Source of the DNA: Camelus dromedarius
Lineage: Eukaryota
Length of the DNA stretch: 64,000 bases
NCBI RefSeq assembly: GCF_036321535.1
Contig: NC_087437.1
Span: 23,934,001-23,998,000, forward strand
Direction of reading: 5' to 3'
The position numbers and the translations under genes were made by a program. Shown piece by piece: positions 53,620 through 64,000 of this stretch. Each line of letters opens with the position of its first letter. Within the stretch, counting starts at the first letter, position 1. Under the pieces are notes generated by a model. That model saw only the letters and a program-made list of their open reading frames with translations, had not been told where the DNA came from and did not search any database.

Positions 53620-55995
53620 TCTGTCCCTTTGGGACTTCCAGTTTGTTGATCCTGATACTTTTCACCGTCCTCTTCTCCTCACTTCCGCAGCTTAAACATT
53701 GTAAATACTACTATGCATAGACCTTCATCTCTTACCTTAACTGACTTTGCACTTTCAAGGCAAAGCCAGCACATAATTTAATTCTAATTCACCACTTGCT
53801 CAATACCTGCATCTCTGCAGCTGAATGGTAGGAGAAAAACAAACAACATGCCGATTGATTTTGCTTTTAAATTAATGATCACTAAAGTGAGATTTAAATC
53901 CAGCTGGACAAATCTTCCTTTATTTCTGTTTTTCCCTCTACCATTTGTCTTAAATTACTTTTCTCTATCTGTTTACATCTTTTTTAAAAAATTTAAATGT
54001 CTATTACTAGTTCACTTAGAAATAATAATTCTATTTCATGTATGTATGATTAACATTTTGTATGAAAAACGTTTTTTCCCAAAACAAACAAAAAATAGTG
54101 AGAATGGCATCATTTCACATTTCTTGCAAATCTCTTTCAAGTCTATCAATAGAAAATGTTTTCATATCTGCTTCTGTATTCAATTTCTTGCAGTAAGTTG
54201 TATTTGTTGAATCCTATGAAGAAGATTCAGCTTTGCACAGATACATAGTTAAAAAAGAATGAAGTATTTTGTTAATCTGTTGAGATAATTGTGACTGTCT
54301 CTTCACATCTTTATCACCTCCTCACTAGCCTCATACTCTCTTGTTGACATTGCTTTCTGTTTCACTGGGAAAATCAAAGCACTTTAAGGAAAATTTTATA
54401 CACATCTCTATCATCCACACACTGCCTTCTCACTTACGACCAATGATGAACTATCCGTGTTCTTATCTGAAACCACTCCCTCCCCTGTGTACTGGATTCC
54501 ATTCTCTCCTGCCTACACAAGGACATCACTCCAGCCACTTCTTTTCTCTATCTCCTACATGATCAGTTTCTTTCTTCCTAACTGTATTTGTCCTAGTTAT
54601 GTACAAACACAGTCTTTCTCCCACCAAACAGAAGAGAAAGGAAAACAACAAAAACAAATCTGGACTTCACTTCCCCTATCAGTCACCACCTCATTTCTTA
54701 GCTTCCATTCACAGCTTGTTTCTCAGAAGTATTCTATATTTCCATCTCCAGTTCTTGTGCACATCTTTCTTTTTTGCTTTAAAAACAGAAAAATGCACAT
54801 ATTGCAAGTATACACTTGATTACTTTTCACAAGTTGAACACACTCATGAAAACAGCAACCAGAACATAACATTACCAGCACCCCAGAGGCTTCCTCTATG
54901 CTTCCTTCCAAAAACATCTCTTCCCAAAATGAAACTGTCAAGTTTCCTGGCTTCTAACACCTTAGTTTGGTTATTTTGGTTTTTGTATTTTGTAAATGGA
55001 GTTGCAGAGCATGTACTCTTTTGCATCTGCTTTCTCTTGCTTAACATTCCATTTGTTATGTGTATATGTGTGTATACACACACACACATATACATGTGTA
55101 TATACATTATATATGTGTGTGTGTGTATATATATATATACACACACACACATATATACTTAATCTAACCATTTGCTTTTAAATTTGCTCCAATTAAGCCT
55201 TTGTTCTGAGCCCTCCATCAGTATTATTCTCATCACCGTAAATAACCTTGTATTGCTTAACTCACTAGTCAAATATCATCTTACTTGATCCACTTATCTC
55301 CTTCATTTTCTGCATGTTCATTTCACTGGAGAATACTTTAGTCCTGTGGCTTTCTTCCTTCCTTACTTAGTCTTTCTCTGTCTTTTATGCTGGTTTCTTC
55401 TCTTCTCCTCAATTTTCTTTTAATGATGAAGTGTCCCAGAGCTCAATTTTTGGTCCTTTTTTTTTTTTCACTCTAACATCACACACTTCCTGGTTGATTT
55501 CATGGTTCCAAATAACATTAGAATGTTGATGACTCCCAAGTTTATATCTTAGGCCCCAATTCCCTCCCTGAAATCCAGATTTGTCTATGCGGTGATTTAG
55601 CCCACAGCTCTACTTGGATGTCTGGTAGATACCCTAAACCCAACAACTAGAAAATTGAGTTCCTAATTTTATTCCTAAAAACTTGATCCTCCTAAAACCT
55701 TTTAATCTTATTTGATAACTACTTCATTTTTTCTTGGTGCTCAGAGTCAGATACTTGGAATTATTCTTGAATTGCTCATTTCTCTCACAACACATCCAAC
55801 CTACCAGCAAATCTTTTCCCTTTTTTACCATACATGCAATAACAAGGGAACTTCTTATCCCTACTCCTCCATGGGGGAACCAAAACCATTCAGTGCTTAA
55901 GGAGACTGCGATCGCCTCCTTTCTCATCCTCATCCTCCTACCCTTGGCCTCATCCACAGTCTATTCTCAAAAGAGTAGTTGGAGTAAAGTGTTTA
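53620..55995 (+). mobile_element. L2 LINE fragments interrupted by a Charlie1-like piece (~53990-54295) and an antisense old L1 3' end (~54775-55065)
   Basis: L2 motifs tggattccattctctcctgcct, gatgactcccaagtttatatct, tacttggaattattcttga; Charlie1-like tttgcacagatacatagtt. Confidence 0.65.
55059..55158. repeat. Compound (TG)/(TA)/(CA) alternating purine-pyrimidine tract
   Basis: Seen directly. Confidence 0.95.
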
Positions 55996-57018
55996 AGTAA
56001 ACATTTATTGAATTATACCTTGTGTTTGTGCACTTTTCAAAAAATGAACACATCCATATCCAGAATATGAGATAGATTTACATGAGATTCCTTCATGTTA
56101 TTGCATATAATGATGGTTTGTTCATCCTTATTGTGGAATAGTATTCCATCATACGGATATCCCCAATGTATTTATCAATCCTCTTATCAATAAATATTCT
56201 TCTTTTCAGATTTTGATTGTTGGGAGTAGTGCTGCTGTGACTGTTCTTGCGCGTACATATTCACTTTCCATCAGTGTACAAAGGAAGAGCTGAATTGCTA
56301 GGTCGTAGGGTATCTACAGGTACATTTTAACCATCCAGAGTTTTCAATTTTGTTTCTCTATTTACATGTTTATTAGCCATATAATGTTCACTCTTATGAA
56401 ATGCCTGTTTAAATCTTTTGCCCACTGTTACATTGTCTCATTCTCTTACTGATTTGTAGACTCTTTATAGACTCTAGGAAAGAGCTCTTGTCTCATATAG
56501 GTGTTAAAAATATTTTATCCTACTCTGAGGCTCACCTCTTCACACTCTTAATGGTGGTTTTGATAAACAAGTTTTAATTTTAAGGAAGTTCAGTTAATCC
56601 ACTTTTGTCCTAATAAATTTAACTTCTAAAATATTTATGTTCTGCTTAAAAAATTTTTCCTTATCCAGTGGTGATAAAGATTTTTCCTGAGAAACATTTA
56701 TAAACCTCTTGGATTCTATTTTTATGTGTGATGTGAAGTAGGGGGTCAATATTCTTTTTCATGCAATGCACTGCTGTAGAGTTTTTCTTATAATTCAAGT
56801 AATATAAATTTGTTTCTGTTTCTAGACTCCTTTATTCTAATGGTTACTTAAATTTTTTTTTTTTTGCAAATATCTAGCTCTTTTAATTTATGTAGCTTTG
56901 TATTAAGTCTTTATTTCTGGAAGTATATGTCTTCAATTTGCTCATCTTCAAGAATATCTTGGCCTTTTTTTGACTGTTTTAATTTCCATATACAGTTTAG
57001 AACCTATATGTCAATTTT

Positions 57019-57023
<5 letters not shown>

Positions 57024-57076
<53 letters not shown>
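57024..57076. repeat. (CA)n microsatellite, ~26 units
   Basis: Seen directly. Confidence 0.97.
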
Positions 57077-57078
<2 letters not shown>

Positions 57079-57787
57079 CCTGATGGTATTTTGATTGGGA
57101 TTTTGGTAAATATGTGCACTTGAAAAGAATATGTATTTCTATAGTTACTGTCTATATGAGTCAATTTGGTTAATCTTATTCAAAGCTTCTATAACTCCTT
57201 GTTCTATTAGGTACTATCACATATTTTTGTATTTTTGTCTGTTTCTCTTTATAATTATGTTAGTTTTTGCTTCATGGGTTTGAAGGCCATGATGTTAGGT
57301 GTATGGAGATTTGGGATTTTATATCTTTCTGTTGAAGTGACTTTTATTTTAAAATTTCTCCTTTAATCTCAGTAATACTCTTTGCCCTAAAACCTTTTCC
57401 TGCTATTTTATAGTTTTTTTGGTTGTTGTTAGTGTGTATATGGTACATATTTTTATATTCTTTACTTTCATCATTTCTGTAATTTCATATTTAAGGTATA
57501 CCTCTTAGAAGCAAAGTATTTATTTTTTATTTATTGGTCTAACAGTTACACCCTTTTCATGGGTGTATCCCCTCCATTTCCATTTAATGTAATTTCTTAC
57601 CTATTTGAGTTTAAATCTACTACTTTATTACTTGTTCTTTTGTTGTTGATGATGTTTTATTTGTTCTTTGTTATTTTTCTCCTTTCTTGTCTCATTTATA
57701 TAAATCATGTTTAAAAGAATTCTTATTTCCCCCCTCCATTAGTTTGTTCATTGTATATTCTTTTATACTTTTTAAGGGATTTTTCAA

Positions 57788-57990
57788 GAGCTGCATAGTT
57801 CGATACAGTAACTACTAGCCACATATGGCTATTTAAATTTAAATTAAATGAAATTTAAAATTCAATTTCTCCATCTCACTAGCCACATTTTATGTGATCA
57901 ATAGCCATATGTGGCTTAAGGCTATCGTGTAGGACACACAGGTTATGGAACATGTCAGTTATTATAGCAAGTTCTAGTCAGAAGTGCTGC
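57788..57990 (-). mobile_element. MER3-like hAT MITE
   Basis: actagccacatatggctatttaaatttaaatt...ctagccacattt...aatagccatatgtggct...agtgctg. Confidence 0.85.
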
Positions 57991-58974
57991 ACTGAGGATT
58001 TCAACAGGCATTCTCATGGCCATTTACCTTCAATTAATACTATGTCTGTTTCCCAGACAACGTAAGACTATTACAACACTTTAACTTGATTTAACCCGTT
58101 CCCACCTTATCAAATGCTGTTTCATAAAATTTAATTATTTCAATAGTTTATCCCCATATGCCATTGCTATTATAATTTTAAACAGTCAATGTTTCTTTAG
58201 AGTTCTTCAATTATTTATTCTTTCTGGTATTCTTCAATCCTTCCCATATGATTATACTTTTTTTCTAGGGTATTTTGTTTTTAATCTAAAGAATTCTTTC
58301 TTGCAGTTTATTTTTGTCTAAAAATATCTTTATGCTAAGTTTGTTTCTGACTGTTGGGGGGTATAAATTCCCACTTGGCAATTATTTTCTTACAGCACTT
58401 TAATGATGTTCCTATGTTATATTCTGATTTCTATTGTTTATATTGAAAAATTGGTTGCTGTTATTATTGTTGATGTTTTTGGTCTGTCTGTTTTTACAGG
58501 TTTTAAAAATTTCTCTTTAGTTTTCAGCACTTTTTCTATATACCCCTAGGTGGGTGCTTCTTTGTGGATATTTTCATGGTGCTTGCAGCTATCTTTAATC
58601 TCTGGTATGATGTTTATTTTTACATTTGGGAAATTCTCTGCCATTTTTTTTTCTTCAAATAAAGCTTTGCCTCATTTTTTTTTTTCTTTCCTTCTGTGAC
58701 TCCAATGAAATAAAATTCTATTTACCATCTCCCATATATGTTTTCTTCTCTTCTTTAAATTTCCAGCCTCTTTTCTTTTCTGTGGTTCATTCTACACATT
58801 TTCTACTGATATATCTCTAATGTAACTAATGTGGTATTAAGTCTATTCATTTAAAATTTAATACCGGTCTTTTCCTTCCAGTTTTATCATATCAATTTAA
58901 TACTTTTAATAGTATTCTGTGTTGTGATGAAAATCTGCATCATTTCCTGAATTTTTTGCATATATCTATAATGT

Positions 58975-59148
58975 CTTTTTAAAATTGAAGTATAGTTAAT
59001 TAACAATGTTGTATTAGTTTCTTGTGTACAATGTGCTGATTTGTCACATACATATATATATATACACATATTCTTTTTCATAACAGGTTATTATAAGATA
59101 TTGAATATAGTTCCCTGTGCTATACCATGGGACCCTGTTGTTTATCTA
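58975..59148 (-). mobile_element. Short L1 3' end (same type as 1110-1270)
   Basis: ttgaagtatagtt...acaatgttgtattagttt...atattgaatatagttccctgtgctatac. Confidence 0.85.
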
Positions 59149-59941
59149 ATAGCCCTTTCCAAGTCTGATAATTCTAATATATGATTCTCTTGGGGTCTTT
59201 TTGTAATGCTTATTTTTTCTCCTGATTTGCAGTTATTGTGTGTGCTTTCTTGACATGACTAGTGATTTTTGATCAAATACTGAACATTGTGCATACAAAA
59301 TTATAAAGGCTCTTTATTATTTTATTTCCTTTCAAAGAGGATTTGATTTTCTTCTTGAAGGCTGATGGACTCTAGACAGATCATTTCAATCTAGTCAGAT
59401 GAGTATTTAGACTTTATTAGGCCCTGACCTTTTCCTAATTTGCTTTTAATCTGAGAGAATGCCTGCCACTTCTGTCTTGTAGCTCTTTTGGGTCTCAACT
59501 GCAGTACTCCAGAGTCATTGCCAAGTCCTGAGGGCACTAAGGCTCTTTAAGCACTGGGTACTACTTAGTGCAAGGCTTTTGTTCCTCACTCCCTAAATCA
59601 ACAAATCCCTGAGAAAAAAAGGAATGGCATGTGTGGGGCTCATTATAAAGTGTATCTCTCTCCTTCCTTTCTTTTTAGTATTCTAGTAGATCTCAGATAT
59701 CTTCAGATACTTGCATTGTATATTTTATTTAGCTTTTATAGTTGTTCTTGGCAGGAGGGTTAGTCTGATAAAGCTATTCTATCCAACCTGGGAGTATAAT
59801 GTTAAATTGGTGCTATGTCTTAAATGACTGATAAAGTTTGAGTAAATTTTTCTTTTTTGAGGAAATTTTTGGTTAAGTCTCTTTTGGGGAGGATGTTTTA
59901 TTTATTTATTAAAACTTTTTTATGATTTAGACATTTTCAAT

Positions 59942-60067
59942 TTTTTAAAGCATATCTCTTTTTATTTTTTTTTAATTTTAAATTTTTTAAGGAGGTATTG
60001 GAGATTGAACCCATGATCTTGTACATGCTAAGCACGTGCTCTAGTACTGAGCTATAGTTGCTCCCCC
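59942..60067 (-). mobile_element. tRNA-derived camelid-type SINE
   Basis: Antisense of the 16347 family (gattgaaccc...tgctaagcacgtgctcta..actgagctata); near-TSD gacatttt(c)aatt. Confidence 0.85.
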
Positions 60068-60242
60068 AACCCCAGGACATTTTAATTAATTCAATTTATT
60101 TAACAGACATAGGACTTTTATGTATTTTATCTTTTCTTAAATCTCTTTGATAAATGGTGTTTTTCTAGTAATTTACACATCTCATCCAAATATTTAAATT
60201 TATTGACATACATTTGTTCATTACCTGTATACCAGTTATCTG

Positions 60243-61084
60243 GTTTTTTTTAAACATTTTTTTATTGAGTTATAGTCATTTTACAATGTTGTGTCAAATT
60301 CCAGTATAGAGGACAACTTTTCAGTTATACCTGAACATACATATATTCATTGTTACATTTTTTTTTTTTTTTGCTGTGAGCTACCACAAGATCTTATACG
60401 TATTTCCCTGTGCTATACAGTATAATCTTGTTTATCTATTCTACAATTTGAAATCCCAGTCTGTCTCTTCCCACCCCTTGCCCCCTTGGCAACCACAAGT
60501 TTGTATTCTATGTCTATCACTCTGTTTCTGTTTTGTATTTATGTTTGTTTTTTTTTTTTAGATTCCATGTATGAGTGATCTCATATGGTATTTTCCTTCT
60601 CTTTCTGGCTTACTTCACTTAGAATGACATTCTCCAAGAACATCCATGTTGCAGCAATTGGTGTTATGTTGTTGGGTTTTGTGGCTGAATAGTATTCCAT
60701 TGTATAAATATACCACATCTTCTTTATCCAGTCATCTGTTGATGGACATTTAGGCTGTTTCCATGTGTTGGCTAGTGTAAATAGTGCTGCTATGAACATT
60801 GGGGTGCAGGTGTCTTTTTAAGGTAGGATTCCTTCTGGATATATGCCCAGGAGTGGGATTCCTGGGTCATATGGTAAGTCTATTCCTAGTCTTTTGAGGA
60901 ATCTCCACACTGTTTTCCACAGTGGCTGCACCAAACTGCATTGCCACCAGCAGTGTAGGAGGGTTCCCCTTTCTCCACAGCCTCTCCAGCATTTGTCATT
61001 TGTGGACTTTTGAATGATGGCTTAATATCACTAATTATCAGAGAAATGCAAATCAAAACTGCAATGAGGTATCACCTCACACCA
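60243..61084 (-). mobile_element. Young LINE-1, 5'-truncated with 5' inversion
   Basis: ORF 60581-60799 is the ORF2 C-terminus; 61021-61084 is inverted; 12-bp TSD accagttatctg at 60231-60242 and 61085-61096. Confidence 0.95.
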
Positions 61085-61109
61085 ACCAGTTATCTGTTGA
61101 TACTTAACA

Positions 61110-62200
61110 GAATACGTAGAATTCTAGTGGATTTGTTGTGTTAAAACAACAACAAATTCTTATACTTATCATGCTGCTATTTCAGCTGAACTCACTTGGG
61201 CAGCTTCTTTCTGTATGTGGAAATAGCTAAGGTGGATCAGTTGGGGCTTGAAGATTAACTTTCATAGAGACTTATTCATATGGCTGACAAATTGGTGCTT
61301 GTGGAAGCTCAATCAGAGCTATGGGCAAGGGAATCCTATCTCCTCTCCACGTGGTCCTTTCCAAGGTCTGTTCAGACTTACCCTCACATAATGGCTGAGT
61401 GATGTGTTATGACTTTGTTACATTAACACTTGTTAAGTGAAACATAGAGTGCTGGATGATGAGCCACGGGTTCCACAGCAGATCACAAGAGAAATTAAAA
61501 CAGAGGAGTTTGTTACTCACAGATTTTGGAGGAAGTACATGGCACACCTTGAGGGGCCATGTGGGAAGGTCAAAGCAGGGTGCAGGCAGAGAGAGACTGG
61601 ACTTGAGGCACATGCCTTTAGTAGGATCCATAGCCTCTGTTCTTGGATTGCCTTGGGGTTCCCTGGCTAAGGCCCATTTGGTCAATTCAAATCAAAAAGA
61701 GTAGGGTTTTGGTAAACTCTGAGAAAGTCTTATCTAAGGGATGCATAGGGGAAGGCCCTGGGAAGTGGGAAAGATTGTCTATCACAAGGGCTGTTGGGGA
61801 AGTCATATCAAAAACTTTCATTTGTTTGTGACTCTGTGGGCTGTTAATCTAGACATGTACTTAAAATGAGGGGATTAGTATTAGTTTACGGTCCCTATGG
61901 GCCACTTGGCCAAACAAAATAGATCCCAAGGCAACAATAATACTATGGAATAGTGTACTTAAACTCCCACAATTACAGTAGCTAGTATCCCAGGAGAACC
62001 TGCTAGAAAGTTATGACCTTTTGTGACCTAGCCTTAGAAATTTCAGAAAATCTTATCTTCTACAGTCACACATCCACCCAGATTCAAGGGAGAGAGCACA
62101 GACCACACCTCTGTATGGGAGGAATGTCAGAATTACACTGGAAAAAGGGCATGTGGGATGGAAATGTTTGATCCATTTTCCAGAATATGTAATCTTCCCT
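61110..62200 (-). mobile_element. MLT1-like MaLR LTR with a nested ERV LTR (~61405-61970)
   Basis: MaLR motifs ctcctctccacgtgg, gtgacctagccttagaa and cccagattcaaggg flank a TG...CA-bounded LTR-like insert. Confidence 0.65.
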
Positions 62201-62371
62201 AGCACTTTTTTTTTTTATTGGTTTTTAAATTTAATTCAGATCTGTGGTGAGTTCCCTCTCTTAAAATTCTTGATACTAGTAATTTTTACCATCTAACTAT
62301 ATTTTTCTGTTTTATTTTTTGGCTCTGTTTCCTCAGCTGTTTATCATATCCTTACTGCCTATGTTTTCATC

Positions 62372-64000
62372 TGGAGGAGTTTATGGTTTCAGGTATTACA
62401 TTCAAGTTTTTAATCCATTTTGAGTTAATTCTGTGTATGGTGTAAGATAGTGATCCAGTTTTATTCTTTTGCATGTGGCTTTCCAGTTTTCCCAACACCA
62501 TTCATTTATTGAAGAGACTGTAATTTTCTTCATTGTATATTCTTGGCTCCTTCATCATTAATTAATTGATTATATACGCATGGGTTTATTTCTGGGCTCT
62601 CTATTCTCTTCCATTGATCTATGTGTCTGTTGTTATGCCAATACCACACAGTTTTGATTACTATAGCTTTGTAATATCATTTGAAATCAAGGAGTGGAAT
62701 GCCTCCAGCTTTGTTCTTCTTTCTCTAGATTGCTTTGGCTATTTGAAGACTTTTTTCTGTCCACTTAAGCTTTAGGATTGTTTGCTCTAGTTCTGTGAAG
62801 GATGCCATTGGAATTCTTATAGGGTTTGTCTTGAATCTGTAGATTGCTTTGAACAGTACGCACATTTTCACAATATTAATTCTTACAATCCACATATTTC
62901 CATTTATTTATTTCTTCTTCAATTTCTTTCATTAATGTCTTACAGTTTTCCATGTACTAGTCTTTCACTTCCTTGGTTAAATGTGTGCCTAGGTGTTTTT
63001 TCTTTTTGATGCAATTGTAAATGGAATTTTTCTTAGTTTCTCTTTCTGATAGTTCATTATTAGTGTATAAAAGCACAAGATTTTTGTATATTGATTGGGT
63101 ATCCTCCAACTTTACTTAATTTGTTTATTCTAACAGATTTTTGTTGGAGTCTTTAGGGTTTTTTATATATAATTTCATGTCTTCTGCAAATCATGACAGT
63201 TTTACTACTTTCTTTCCAATTTGGATATCTTTTATTTCTTTTTCTTGTCCATTTTCTCTGGGTAGGACTTCCAATACTGTGTTGAATAAAAGCACAAGAG
63301 TGGGCATCATCGTCTTGTTCCTAAACTTAGAGAAAAAGCTTTCAGCTGTTCACTATTGAATGTAATGTTAGCTGAGGGCTTATCAGATATAGCATTTATT
63401 ATGTTGAGGTATGTTTTCTCTGTAACTACTTTGTTGAGAGTTTTTATCACAGATGGATATTGAATTTTATCAAATTTTCTGCATCTATTGCAATGATCAG
63501 ATAACTTATCCTTCATTTTGTTAATGTGGTTTGTCACACTGATTGATTTGTGGGTGTTTAACCATTTTTATATCCCTGGAATAAATCCTGCTTGATCATG
63601 ATGTATGATCATTTTAATGTATTGCTCAATTTGACTGGATATTATTTTGTGGAAGATTTTTATATCTGTGTTCATCAGGTACACTGGTCTGTAATTTTCT
63701 TTCTTGTGGTGTCCTTGTGTGGTTTTGGTATCAAGATAATTTTGGCCTCATAAAATGAGTTTGGAAGTGTTTTCTCCTTTTCTGTTTTTTGGAAGAGTTT
63801 GAGAAGAAGTGGTATTCATTCTTCTTTAAATATTTGATAGAATTCACCAGTGAAGCCATTTGATCCTGGACTTTGCTGGGGGTTTTTTGATTATTGATTC
63901 AATATCCTTGCAAGCAATCAGTCTGGTCAGATTTTCTATTTCTTCATGATTCAGTCTTGGTAGATTTTATATTTCTAGGAGTTTATTCATTTCTCCTAGG
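62372..64000 (-). mobile_element. LINE-1 ORF2 (reverse transcriptase region), decayed; continues past window end
   Basis: ORF 63307-63537 (KFDKIQYPSVIKTL...[19 protein letters not shown]) is L1 RT-like, with frameshifts. Confidence 0.95.

Larger units (their letters stand above)
56070..59770 (-). mobile_element. Long, heavily decayed antisense L1M/L1ME with nested insertions
   Basis: T-rich; antisense L1 motifs (gaatagtattccat, tgaaatgcctgtttaaatcttttgcccac, gaaaagaatatgtattt, tttgggaaattctctgcc). Confidence 0.7.

Noticed and set aside
54457..55181. Multiple ORFs up to 187 aa
   Set aside because: They run through L2/L1 remnants and a stop-poor dinucleotide tract.
1..64000. CRISPR array, operon or new multi-gene system
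   Set aside because: Mammalian intronic/intergenic DNA with no regularly spaced repeats and no intact ORFs other than the PLSCR5 exons.

Overview
AT-rich, repeat-dense mammalian genomic DNA, most likely a camelid (alpaca/camel), judging from the tRNA-derived SINE family and the young L1 3' ends. The only supportable protein-coding gene is PLSCR5 (phospholipid scramblase 5) on the minus strand. Coding exons 1-5 lie at 13982-13994, 9105-9265, 4674-4716, 3396-3616 and 324-485, all with GT-AG introns and a continuous frame of 200 codons; the rest of the gene lies off the left edge. The ~50 kb upstream is intergenic and filled with L1, L2, MIR, MaLR/ERV LTRs, hAT and Tigger fossils, SINEs and microsatellites. 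I found no new protein-coding or multi-gene system. The most notable observations are: three independent L1 copies whose 5' ends fall within a few nt of the same ORF2 position (one a twin-primed inversion); a tailless half-tRNA-Glu retrocopy; a 43-bp copy 1.87 kb from its twin; a dense CAGATG E-box cluster in PLSCR5 intron 2; paired RFX X-boxes upstream; a uORF overlapping the start codon; and two perfect palindromes. Repeat family names come from recalled consensus sequences and their boundaries are approximate.
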